Assembly: GCA_026709505.1 (NCBI GenBank)
Contig: JAPOSW010000123.1
Location: forward strand, 34,703 to 98,702
DNA: 64,000 bases
Source of the DNA: Gammaproteobacteria bacterium
Lineage (GTDB): Bacteria; Pseudomonadota; Gammaproteobacteria; Arenicellales; Poriferihabitantaceae
Direction of reading: 5' to 3'
The number at the start of each line of letters is the position of its first letter. The first letter of the stretch is position 1. The notes under the pieces are model-generated. The model saw only the letters and a list, made by a program, of their open reading frames with translations. It searched no databases and was not told where the DNA came from. Shown here one piece after another: positions 1 through 9,501 of the stretch. The translations under genes and the position numbers were made by a program.

Positions 1-995
1 GCCATGACTGCTCTACCCCTTTGGACAGCGCTCATAGCAGATTTAAATCAACGAACCATTGTATGCGAGATAACAAAACAATGAAGCTATTCATGTCTGG
101 ATGATTATATTTTATTATATAATAGATATTTAAAACTTTAATATAAAGTATATTAGTAAATTGTAGCCGTTGCTTATGGTACTGTACAAGTGCCGTATTG
201 CGGTAATTCGCTCATATATGGAAATCCTCCTTACAAACGAGAGCTGGTCTGGTTACGGAATCAGATGAACGTTGATGGCAATATTGAATGTATGGGCTTT
301 GTTGCTGTATTGGAGAGGGTTATATGCAATATACGGCACAATGAATTCATGACATGTCCCGATTAATGAAGCTGCTGCTTTAGCATGACTTTCCTCTCTT
401 TCGGTCATTAATCCCTGACAATTTTTCTACTTTTTCCGCGCAAAAGTCACGATAAGCAATGAAGAAATGATAGGATAATTGACGGATTCGGCTGGGACAT
501 GCGAAACGCGATATGGCGAATGCCTAACTGTCTTTTACCTTGAGAGATTCCGGAAGATTATGTGTTCTCATCTGCCTCGTCTTGGCAGATTCGTAAATCG
601 AAAAGGGATAGAAAACATGAAAGACAAGGTCTATCGCATCTGTGCACTAATGAAGAAGCACAGGGGTTCACCGATACGATGTTTCGTCGAACTAGGTCCA
701 ATTGAGCTTCGCTCCTGCTAAAAATGATGCCTGCATTGAGTTGTGAATGCTAGCTGCGCAGCCAGCAGATGCCTTCAAGGCAGAGACAAAACACCCAAAC
801 TTGTACTCGTCTTGTCAGAGGGATTCTGAATCACTGCACTATATATCTTTTCTGATCTTGAGTGTATTCTTGCAACATAAGCGAATTGTCGATACCGAAA
901 CTCCCGAGTTATCCAATGCAATCCAGCGGCATCGCTTCCTCATGAGAAGCTGTCAAATCTGCATCCATTGAACAAATTCGAAACATCAATCCTAG

Positions 996-3896
996 ATGAT
1001 AGATAAGTCGAACACCAGCGAAATTGTGCTCAATACACATTTAGCAGAAATTCTCCGGACGAAACATCCGCTCTGGAGGAACTGTCTAGGCGTCGAGCAG
1101 ACCGGTGTTTTTCTCGATCATCCGCGCTTGCGGCCGGACATCCTGATTCTGCCGCCGAACGCCCAGCCTGTGATAGTGGAAACCGAGTATGCTCCGGGGG
1201 CTTCGGTTGAGAATGACGCAAAGGCTAGACTCGGTCTTGTCCCTCTCGGCTCCGAAAGCCCGATCGAGCAAACGATCGCTGTTCGAGTTCCGGATTCTTT
1301 GCGACATGGCCAGTCACAGCTTGCCGAGCGTATTTCCAATGTTGATTTCAGCTACTGCATGTTCTCTGGCGATCCATCCGCACCGCACCGCTGGCCTGAT
1401 AAAGGATGGCTCAAGGGCGATATCGACGATATTGTCCGGTGCATCGAGCATGCGATGGTTTCACAGCGCCTGATCAAAGAAAGCATGTTGATACTGGAAA
1501 ATGGCGTTTGGGTTGCGGCAAACGCGATTCAGGATGGCATGAAGCTTGGTTATACCGATACTGAACGCGAGTTAGGACGCATTCTCAATCAGCATGGAGG
1601 GGAACAGACAAACCGCATGGCAATGACCATCATTGCCAATGCCCTGACCTTCCATTCAACCATTGCCGGCTTTCATGACATTCCCTCGGTAACGCAGATC
1701 CAGAACGATACGGACGGGGCTTTTCGGATAGCAATTCTGGATGTATGGGAAAAGATACTGAATGACATCAACTACTGGCCGATCTTCGAGGTAGCATCAA
1801 CTCTTTTAGCATCGATACGAGTACAAACTGCCAATCGTGTCCTGAGAATTCTGGCTTCAGCATCCGAACGCCTTGCAGATATTGGCGTTACGACGCGACA
1901 CGACCTTTCCGGCAGGATGTTCCAGAGCCTGATTACTGACCGGAAATTCCTCGCTACGTTCTACACCCTGCCAGCGAGCGCAGCCCTTCTGGCAGAAATG
2001 GCGGTAAGCCGCCTGGATGCAGACTGGAGCAGGCTTGAAGAGTATCCCGATCTCACGATAGCCGATTTTTCTTGCGGCACGGGCACGCTCTTGTCAGCCG
2101 GCTACCATGCCGTGCTTGCCCGGTACCGCCATGCAGGCGGGGATGACAGCAAAATCCATAAGCGCATGATCGAGCAAGCCATTGTGGCTGCCGACATCAT
2201 GTCCGCGGCGGCACATCTTTGCGCCTCGCAGCTTTCCAGCGTGCATCCGACCGTCATATTCGACAATACCCGCGTCTACACGATGCCCTATGGAACGGGG
2301 AACGCCGATGAACAGTATCATGATGTTTCCATAGGCTCGCTGGACTTGATCGAGTCCGGAAAGAGCCGTTCGCTGTTTTCAACAGGCGAAGCCCGGGCCA
2401 GCGGAGCACGAGGTGACATTCATATAGCAGATGTTGAAGTCCCTCATGAGTCGGTTGACCTGGTGATCATGAACCCGCCGTTCACGCGGCCGACCAACCA
2501 TGAAGCGGCGGATGTGCCGGTTCCCTCCTTTGCGGGCTTTCGGACAACCGAAGAGGAACAGCACCTGATGTCCGGACGCCTGTCGGATATCCGCAGGGGC
2601 CTGAGGCATTCCGCAGGCCATGGCAATGCCGGACTGGCTTCCAGCTTTGTTGACCTTGCCCACGCCAAGGTCAAGCCGGGCGGCACGATCGCCCTGGTTC
2701 TGCCCATAACGGCGATACAGGGAGCTTCATGGGAACCTGCACGTCAGCTGCTTGCCGGCGAATACGAGAACATTACTGTCGTTACAATAGCCAGTGCCGG
2801 CAGCCGTGCGCGTGCCTTTTCCGCCGATACCGGGATGGCTGAGACATTGATTGTAGCTACGAAGAGGAGGGCTAGTGCCGATTCCGGTTCCGGTCAGGAC
2901 GTGCTCTTTGTCAGCCTGCATCGGCGTCCGGGCAGCATGCTGGAAGCCGCCGAAACGGCCAGGATTGTCGGGGGCTTGCCGGCATCTTTCAATGCGGGAC
3001 ATATCCGGGTCGGGGAACAGGCACTGGGCAGCTATATCCGGGCACCGCTTGGCGAAGGCGGCTGCACGAGCCTGCGCGAGTCGGCTTTGGCTGAAGTCAT
3101 GATCGCATTGCGCCAGGGCGAACTGCGGGTGCCGCAGCATCCTGCCCGTCATGACATTCCTGTCACCTCCCTCGGACAACTGGGCGCGCGTGGCCTGCTG
3201 CATAGGGACATTGGCAACAGAAAGGATGACGAGCCGCCATTTCGCGGACCTTTCCGGATCCATCCCATGGAGGGCGTTCCCAGCTATCCCGTCCTCTGGA
3301 GCCATGGTGCAGACCGCGAGCGGCACCTGCTTGTACAGCCGGACAGCATGGGGGTGGTACGTCCCGGCTGCAGGAAGCGTGCCCTGGCAGTCTGGCAAAC
3401 GGCATCAAGGCTCCACTTCAGCCTCGACTTCCGGCTGAATTCGCAAAGCCTCGCGGCTTGCCTGACGCCAGGACCCGCCCTTGGCGGTCGGGCATGGCCA
3501 AATTTTTGCCTGCATGAGGGCAAGTGGGATGAACTCATCGCGCTTTGGGCAAATTGCTCGCTCGGCCTGATGGCTTTCTGGTGGGTCGGTTCTCGGCAAC
3601 AGCAAGGGCGGGCGATTCTGACAATCAGCAAACTGCCTGAACTTCCGGTTCTTGATCCGCGCGGATTTCCGGAAGGTAAATTAACGCTGGCCAGGGAGAT
3701 TTACAGCCAGTTCGTGAGCCGGCCCCTTCTCCCCGCCAATGAGGCATATCGCGATGAGACGCGCAAGGCGCTGGATACAGCTGTCCTCATCGACTTGCTG
3801 GAACTGCCGGAAGACATGCTGGAACCCCTGGATACTCTCCGCCGGCAATGGTCCAGCGAACCGTCCGTTCACGGCGGCAAGCGCACCTCGCCTTGA
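996..3896 (+). CDS. Large gamma-class N6-adenine DNA methyltransferase fusion protein (possible type IIG/IIL-like enzyme; no partner genes)
   Basis: 966-aa ATG ORF. SAM motif I DFSCGTGTLL (~nt 2064-2090) lies upstream of catalytic motif IV NPPF in DLVIMNPPFTRP (nt 2471-2482). The ~350-aa N-terminal region has a PD-x13-ETE pattern reminiscent of PD-(D/E)XK nucleases. About 470 aa of unknown role follow motif IV. The gene is visibly GC-richer than both flanks. Confidence 0.7.
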   Translation: MIDKSNTSEIVLNTHLAEILRTKHPLWRNCLGVEQTGVFLDHPRLRPDILILPPNAQPVIVETEYAPGASVENDAKARLGLVPLGSESPIEQTIAVRVPDSLRHGQSQLAERISNVDFSYCMFSGDPSAPHRWPDKGWLKGDIDDIVRCIEHAMVSQRLIKESMLILENGVWVAANAIQDGMKLGYTDTERELGRILNQHGGEQTNRMAMTIIANALTFHSTIAGFHDIPSVTQIQNDTDGAFRIAILDVWEKILNDINYWPIFEVASTLLASIRVQTANRVLRILASASERLADIGVTTRHDLSGRMFQSLITDRKFLATFYTLPASAALLAEMAVSRLDADWSRLEEYPDLTIADFSCGTGTLLSAGYHAVLARYRHAGGDDSKIHKRMIEQAIVAADIMSAAAHLCASQLSSVHPTVIFDNTRVYTMPYGTGNADEQYHDVSIGSLDLIESGKSRSLFSTGEARASGARGDIHIADVEVPHESVDLVIMNPPFTRPTNHEAADVPVPSFAGFRTTEEEQHLMSGRLSDIRRGLRHSAGHGNAGLASSFVDLAHAKVKPGGTIALVLPITAIQGASWEPARQLLAGEYENITVVTIASAGSRARAFSADTGMAETLIVATKRRASADSGSGQDVLFVSLHRRPGSMLEAAETARIVGGLPASFNAGHIRVGEQALGSYIRAPLGEGGCTSLRESALAEVMIALRQGELRVPQHPARHDIPVTSLGQLGARGLLHRDIGNRKDDEPPFRGPFRIHPMEGVPSYPVLWSHGADRERHLLVQPDSMGVVRPGCRKRALAVWQTASRLHFSLDFRLNSQSLAACLTPGPALGGRAWPNFCLHEGKWDELIALWANCSLGLMAFWWVGSRQQQGRAILTISKLPELPVLDPRGFPEGKLTLAREIYSQFVSRPLLPANEAYRDETRKALDTAVLIDLLELPEDMLEPLDTLRRQWSSEPSVHGGKRTSP

Positions 3897-4049
3897 GCAG
3901 AACGGCAGTAAATGCTTGTGTTGTCTTAAGCCATGAAACCGGTAATCAAACTCGTGCATAACCGGAACTTTTCATTTCCCTGTATTTCAACACATTGTCG
4001 GCAACTATATGGAATGGTGACCTTCTGTAACTGATATCCATATGTCAGA

Positions 4050-4410
4050 CTAAACAATACTGACGTCTTTCAGATGCAATTCTGTTTGTGTTCCGGAAGT
4101 ATTACAAGTTCGTTCTTCGGAATCCGGACTGATCAAGCAGAAGCCATCAATATCCCTATTTTTCATGTGCCAGTTCCATGGCATCAATGACCAGTGCACT
4201 ATCCGAAGCATTCTTCCCTATCGAATTGGTTCGTTTCAGATGTTGCAGGAAGGATAAGAGAGTTTCTCTATTGCCTTGTCTCAGACATTCAGATGGGATA
4301 TGGAGAAATCGCCGTAAATCCTTTTGATATTGGTTTTTCCAATTTTGGCGGCTTCTCGAAAAATGTCATCAGCGTATTTACAGCCAACATTGTCGGCATT
4401 AATTAGAACG
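4050..4410 (-). pseudogene. NYN/LabA-like domain gene remnant (in-frame stops and frameshifts)
   Basis: Minus-strand translation gives LINADNVGCKYADDIFREAAKIGKTNIKRIYGDFS, GKNASDSALVIDAMELAHEK and RDIDGFCLISPDS. These match the conserved NYN blocks (IDaDN, R.YGDf, GKNAsD.aLviDAm, vD.f.LvS.DsDF) but sit in different frames and are interrupted by TGA/TAG stops. Confidence 0.5.
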
Positions 4411-4573
4411 CAAGTCTTTCGATATTAGTAACAGGACGCATGGGCTTTACATCCGCTGCTAAGCTCTCATCAGCAACCGCGAATCTGTTGCATTTCAAGC
4501 GGAACAAGGAACGTATTTTCATATGCGGAAACTCAAGATCATGCTCTCATGCTCTGCTAATTCTTTGATTCGA

Positions 4574-5296
4574 TCAATACATATGCTGACCACCATTGAT
4601 ATCAACGGTCGAACCAGTAATAAACCCGGCATCTTCGCTAACCAGAAACAACACCCCTCGTGCAATGTCTTCCGGGCTTCCCAACCGACCGACAGGAATA
4701 GTGGAAATGATTTTTTCCAGAACCTTCTCTGGTACAGCACGTACCATGTCCGTCAATACATAGCCTGGAGCGATAGCATTGACGGTAATCCCCGCCTTGG
4801 CGCCTTCTTGCGCCAGAGCTTTCGTGAATCCGTGGATGCCCGACTTCGCCGCGGCGTAATTTACCTGACCATATTGCCCGGCCTGACCGTTTACAGAACC
4901 AATATTCACAATTCGGCCAAACTTTCGTTCCCGCATTGCTTCAATAACCGCTCGGCTCATATTGAAACAGGACGAGAGATTGGTTTTAATGACATCATTC
5001 CACTGATCATAATCCATCCTGTGCATGGTGCCATCGCGGGTAATTCCGGCATTGTTTACCAAAATGCCTACAGGTCCGAGATCTTGTTCCACTTGATTAA
5101 CGGCTGCCTGACAGGCATCAAAATCCGAGACATCGAACTTGTAGGTTGAAATGCCTGTACTATCGGAAAATTTCTTTGCTGACTCATCGTTTCCAGCATA
5201 GGTGGCGGCGACTCTATGTCCAGATTCCTTGAGAGCTACGCTAATCGCTTCACCAATACCTCGCGTCCCACCCGTTACAATTGCTACTGTACTCAC
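4574..5296 (-). CDS. phaB: Acetoacetyl-CoA reductase (SDR)
   Basis: 240 aa with TGGTRGIG Rossmann motif, NNAGITRD and catalytic YAAAK. Sits immediately downstream of phaC on the same strand. Confidence 0.85.
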   Translation of the reverse strand: MSTVAIVTGGTRGIGEAISVALKESGHRVAATYAGNDESAKKFSDSTGISTYKFDVSDFDACQAAVNQVEQDLGPVGILVNNAGITRDGTMHRMDYDQWNDVIKTNLSSCFNMSRAVIEAMRERKFGRIVNIGSVNGQAGQYGQVNYAAAKSGIHGFTKALAQEGAKAGITVNAIAPGYVLTDMVRAVPEKVLEKIISTIPVGRLGSPEDIARGVLFLVSEDAGFITGSTVDINGGQHMY

Positions 5297-5326
5297 TATC
5301 TAGTCCTCACTCTATTTCATTGTTTC

Positions 5327-7096
5327 TTAATTTGACTCTTTATCCAGCCGGACCCGAACATAAGTGCCGGGGGCATTTTCAATGATATCAAGTTTACCGT
5401 CCCCGGGAACCCTGCAAGGCACTTTTTCTCCACATTTTTGAGAGATCCAGTTCTGCCATTCAGGCCACCAGGATCCTTCATTGACCCTGGCATTCTCAAC
5501 CCACTTCTCCGGATCAGCTGATGGATTATCGGAGGTACGGTAATTGTATTTCTTTGCGACAGGCGGGTTGATGATTCCAGCAATATGGCCTGATCCGCTC
5601 AGAATGAATTTGACTGGTCCAGAGACTAGCTGGGTACCGGCATAGGTAGATTTCCATGGAGCAATATGATCTTCAATTGTCGAGACAAAGCAGGTCGGAA
5701 TATCAATCCTTGAAAGGTCGACACCTGTGCCATCAATGCTGACACCATTTGGCTCTTTCAGCTTGTCGTCGACATAAAAATTCTTGATGTACCAGGTGTG
5801 CATGCTTGCCGGCATTCTGGTTGAATCCGAATTCCAGTAAAGCAAATCAAACGCCTTGGGACTTTTGCCCAGCAAATAGTTGTTGACGTAAAACGACCAA
5901 ATCAGATCATTTGCACGCAACATATTGAAGACGCCAGCCATGTAATCTCCCTCCAGATAGCCTTTTTCGCTCATTTTTTCCTTGAGGCTCTCGAGTTGTT
6001 CCTCATCTGTAAAAACCCCGAGCTCACCGGGTTCAGAGTAATCCAGCATCGTGGTCAGGAAAGTGGCCGAATTGATTCTTTCGTCTCCTTTTGACCGTAG
6101 ATAGGCAAGCGCAGTTGCAAGCAATGCGCCACCTATGCAATACCCGATGACATTGAGTTTATCCTCACTGGTAGCCTGTTTCACCGCATCAAGGGCAGCT
6201 ATTAGCCCATCGAGAACGTAGTCATCAAACTGAACATCATGATAGCTCTCGTCAGGGTTGGCCCAAGACATCACGAATACTGTATGGCCTTGGTCTGACA
6301 GCCATTTGATAAAGGAGTTTTCAGGCTGAAGATCCAGCACGTAGTACTTGTTTATCCATGGCGGGACGATCAGCAAAGGCATGCTGTTGACGGTTTTTGT
6401 AGCTGGCTCGTATTGCAGCAATTCAAACATTCTGTTGCGAAATACCACCTTGCCGGGCGAAGCTGCGATATTTTTTCCGAGCTCAAAGGCATCCGTATCG
6501 GTCATGCTGATTTTGAGCGTTCCATTGCCCTTCTTGAAATCAGCCAGCATATTTTGCAACCCGTTGAGTAAATTTTCACCTTTGGTTTCAACTGCTTTCT
6601 CAATCACTTCCGGGTTGGTCAAGGCAAAGTTGGTTGGAGATAGACTGTCGATGTACTGCTCGGTGAAAAAAGCCATTTTCCTGGCGGTTTGTTCATCAAT
6701 GCCCTCAGTATTTGAAACAAGATCCCGAAAACATTTCGAGCTGAGCAGGTAGGATTGCTTGATCGCATTGAATATCGGCTGTTCCTCCCAGGCCTGATGG
6801 CGGAATCTTCGATCTCCCTTCCCTTCCTGAATCACCGGTTCAGAATCGACTCCCATCATCTGCATGGCTGTCTGCTGATAGAGCTTCATGGCATCTTGCC
6901 AATAGTTCATGCCGGTTTCGATCATTTTATCCGGGTTTTTCAGCATCGCCTCGTACCACTGCTGCCAAGTCTCAACCAGATTGAATGGATCAATATCGAC
7001 AATTCCATATTCGGAGGCGGTATCTTTCATCAATTTCTCCAATTCTTCCATCTTCGCTTTGTACTCTTCGCTGGTAATACTTGTCGTAGCATTCAT
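5327..7096 (-). CDS. phaC: Class I poly(3-hydroxyalkanoate) synthase
   Basis: 589 aa with the lipase-like box GYCIGG in VIGYCIGGALLA and typical PhaC length and N-terminal region. Neighbours are phaB and phaR. Confidence 0.9.
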   Translation of the reverse strand: MNATTSITSEEYKAKMEELEKLMKDTASEYGIVDIDPFNLVETWQQWYEAMLKNPDKMIETGMNYWQDAMKLYQQTAMQMMGVDSEPVIQEGKGDRRFRHQAWEEQPIFNAIKQSYLLSSKCFRDLVSNTEGIDEQTARKMAFFTEQYIDSLSPTNFALTNPEVIEKAVETKGENLLNGLQNMLADFKKGNGTLKISMTDTDAFELGKNIAASPGKVVFRNRMFELLQYEPATKTVNSMPLLIVPPWINKYYVLDLQPENSFIKWLSDQGHTVFVMSWANPDESYHDVQFDDYVLDGLIAALDAVKQATSEDKLNVIGYCIGGALLATALAYLRSKGDERINSATFLTTMLDYSEPGELGVFTDEEQLESLKEKMSEKGYLEGDYMAGVFNMLRANDLIWSFYVNNYLLGKSPKAFDLLYWNSDSTRMPASMHTWYIKNFYVDDKLKEPNGVSIDGTGVDLSRIDIPTCFVSTIEDHIAPWKSTYAGTQLVSGPVKFILSGSGHIAGIINPPVAKKYNYRTSDNPSADPEKWVENARVNEGSWWPEWQNWISQKCGEKVPCRVPGDGKLDIIENAPGTYVRVRLDKESN

Positions 7097-7184
7097 ATTG
7101 CACTCTGTTAGGGATTGTTGATTGTCATGTGATTCCTGAGACCAAGCCGTATAGCAAGGATAAAGCTGTCATTATATTCGATGA

Positions 7185-7199
7185 TTGTGCATCGCACAC
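7185..7199. promoter_or_regulatory. Palindrome TTGTGC-ATC-GCACAC in the phaC/phaR divergent intergenic region (candidate PhaR operator)
   Basis: Near-perfect 6-N3-6 inverted repeat. The same motif recurs at 8225-8239. Confidence 0.35.
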
Positions 7200-7444
7200 G
7201 GAATTACCATTTTCTCAAGGGCTCAAAATTAATGACTTGATAAAAATAGCATTGCATTAAATGTCTTGACCGGCAAACCAACACGAATAATATCTAGGCC
7301 TCGGGTATGTGATATGATATTTTGCAAGACTATTACACCATCTTGACCATTGAGCAGTTGCAATTCATCGAGTTTGTAGACCATGTTGAACAACTCGCAA
7401 GCAAAGCATTTCATGAAAAGATATCTTATTCTCCAGGGTTTCCG

Positions 7445-7924
7445 ATGAACGAACAGAAAGAAATCAGAATTATAAAGAAGTACCCTAATCGTCGAATTTA
7501 CGACATGGAGGAAAGTCGTTATATCACTCTGAGTGAAGTCAAACAGATGATTATTGAAAACGTGGAGTTCAAGGTGGTTGACGCTCATTCAAAAAAAGAT
7601 ATCACGCGGAACATATTGCTTCAGATCATCATTGATCAGGAATCAGAAAAGGATCCCCTCTTCTCTACCGAAAACTTGCAGCGCTTCATTCGTTATTACG
7701 GAGGGAATCAAAACCAGCACTTCTCAAATTTTCTGAATCAAAGCCTTGCTTTTTTTCAACAGCAGCAAGAGCATTTCCAGTCGCGCATGAATGAAATGCT
7801 GGATCAAAATCCACTGAACTTCTGGTCAAATGTGGGTCAGCAGAACATGCAGATGTGGCAAAAAATGCAGCAGGACTGGTTTTCATCTCTAGCCAGGCAT
7901 GAAAACAAGAAGGAGGAGGATTAG
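7445..7924 (+). CDS. phaR: PHA synthesis repressor PhaR
   Basis: N-terminal IKKYPNRRIYDMEESRYITLSEVKQMI is the hallmark PhaR DNA-binding region. Start reassigned to ATG 7445 (MNEQKE...) inside the longer TTG-initiated track ORF 7322..7924. Confidence 0.85.
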   Translation: MNEQKEIRIIKKYPNRRIYDMEESRYITLSEVKQMIIENVEFKVVDAHSKKDITRNILLQIIIDQESEKDPLFSTENLQRFIRYYGGNQNQHFSNFLNQSLAFFQQQQEHFQSRMNEMLDQNPLNFWSNVGQQNMQMWQKMQQDWFSSLARHENKKEED

Positions 7925-8224
7925 TTTCTTCACAAGGATTGGTGAAGTTTCTCCTCTTCAAGACCAGATCGAAAAAAGAGATGCTGAAGACAAAGGTCTT
8001 TTCGCAACAATACTGAAGTTTTTGCCTTCAGTTCAAACATTCTCCAGGTTATATCAGCTGTCACGGCATTGTGCGGTAATTGCCCAACAATCCATTTCAC
8101 TTTTTTTGAAATTCCCATTAGAGTCTGGGTCCTGTCCCAAAATCGGAATGATTTTCCGATTTGTGCCGTCTGTTTGCACTGCACAAAAAACGCTTGACCC
8201 CAAGCCGCTCTATGAGTAATGTAT

Positions 8225-8239
8225 TTGTGCGTTGCACAA
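8225..8239. promoter_or_regulatory. Perfect palindrome TTGTGC-GTT-GCACAA upstream of the second reductase gene (candidate PhaR operator)
   Basis: Perfect 6-N3-6 inverted repeat ~50 nt upstream of ATG 8289. It lies just downstream of a putative promoter: TTGACC at 8194-8199, 17-nt spacer, TAATGT at 8217-8222. Extra half-sites are TTGTGC at 8161 and GCACAA at 8181. Confidence 0.4.
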
Positions 8240-8288
8240 GTGCAGCAACGTGATTAGAACTGGTTCATTACTCAATGAGAGATGCGTT

Positions 8289-9035
8289 ATGTCGAAAAAA
8301 AATGCCTTGGTTACCGGAGGCACCGGCGGTATCGGTACTGCAATATGCAAAGAACTCCATGACAATAACTGTCACATTGTCGCAACTTACTTTCCCCCGG
8401 AAAAGGACACGGCTGAAAGCTGGCAAAAAGAGAATCGCGAAGCGGGATATGATTTCACGATTGTCCCGGTTGACGTCACCAATTACGAGCAGGCCTCCAA
8501 TTTAATACTGAATCTAGAAAGAATATATCAGCATATTGATATATTGGTGAACTGTGCCGGTATAACTCGTGACAAGACGCTCAAACGAATGACCCATGAG
8601 CAATGGAAAACAGTCATCAATACAAACCTTGATAGCGTGTTTAATGTTACCCAACCAGTAGTCAAGGGAATGATTGAACGGGGCTTTGGAAGGATCATCA
8701 ACATTTCGTCAGTGAATGGCCAAAAGGGACAGGTCGGACAAGCCAACTATTCGGCATCAAAAGCTGGTCTGCATGGCTTCACAATGGCTGTAGCACAGGA
8801 AACCGCTGGCAAGGGAGTAACCGTCAATACGATCTCGCCAGGCTATGTCGCAACCTCAATGACGCAGACAATGCCGCCTGATGTACTTGAACAAATAATA
8901 GACCAAGTGCCCATGAAGCGAATGGCAACACCAGAGGAAGTAGCATATGTAGTTTCGTGGCTGGCAGATGATCGTTGCGCATACATGACGGGGGCGAACA
9001 TACCCCTCAATGGCGGAATGTTCATGAGTGCATGA
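8289..9035 (+). CDS. Second acetoacetyl-CoA reductase-like SDR (PhaB paralog / 3-oxoacyl reductase)
   Basis: TGGTGGIG, NCAGITRD and YSASKAG motifs, co-linear with the phaB product. Start moved to ATG 8289 (MSKKNALVTGG). Confidence 0.8.
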   Translation: MSKKNALVTGGTGGIGTAICKELHDNNCHIVATYFPPEKDTAESWQKENREAGYDFTIVPVDVTNYEQASNLILNLERIYQHIDILVNCAGITRDKTLKRMTHEQWKTVINTNLDSVFNVTQPVVKGMIERGFGRIINISSVNGQKGQVGQANYSASKAGLHGFTMAVAQETAGKGVTVNTISPGYVATSMTQTMPPDVLEQIIDQVPMKRMATPEEVAYVVSWLADDRCAYMTGANIPLNGGMFMSA

Positions 9036-9501
9036 ATCACAGGGTTGCTACTCCCTTCGATTAACAGAGTGGCCCGCGAATTTGGAGATCGAATTCGCAT
9101 TAAAGCATATATCTTCGCTTATTCAAGCGCTTGCACCTGTGACATAATATCTGCATTCGCTTGGCTATAATCAGGTTCTGAAGGTAGCCATTGCACTCGA
9201 CATATCTCTATTTCCAACCTGCATACAAGCAGATATTGGCAAAATTATCTTCATTCAAGTTCACCGGAAGGAGAACGATATCCCTGCACTCGGTTAACTT
9301 TTATATGGACAAGCATTGGCATCTCTCGACAATAACAGGACAGGAAAATTCCGTCCGACATGTGAAAAAAGATGTTTTGATCCAGTCTAACGCAGGTTGC
9401 AAACAATATGACGTGGGATAATCCCGGGGCTTGAGAAAATCGTTCACAAAACAACTCCATAATGCCGTACAGGACTTTTGAAGTCTATCAATATCTAAAA
9501 T

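Noticed and set aside
479-971. ORFs 479..721 and 747..971 in the leftmost kilobase, plus a 53-aa minus-strand ORF at ~250-409.
   Set aside because: I could see no recognisable motifs, no convincing RBS and no partner context. I treat the region as non-coding or degraded.
1030-3959. Many 60-220-aa ORFs on both strands inside the methyltransferase gene, for example 2727..3398 (223 aa).
   Set aside because: The GC-rich sequence is depleted of stop codons, which produces long shadow ORFs. The translations are Arg/Ala/Gly/Pro-rich and low-complexity, and all lie inside one coherent 966-aa gene.
4523-5149. 208-aa plus-strand ORF overlapping phaB. ORFs 6348..6752 and 6755..7111 overlap phaC in the same way.
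   Set aside because: They are antisense shadows of genes with unmistakable homology (SDR and PHA synthase motifs). They have no motifs or RBS of their own.
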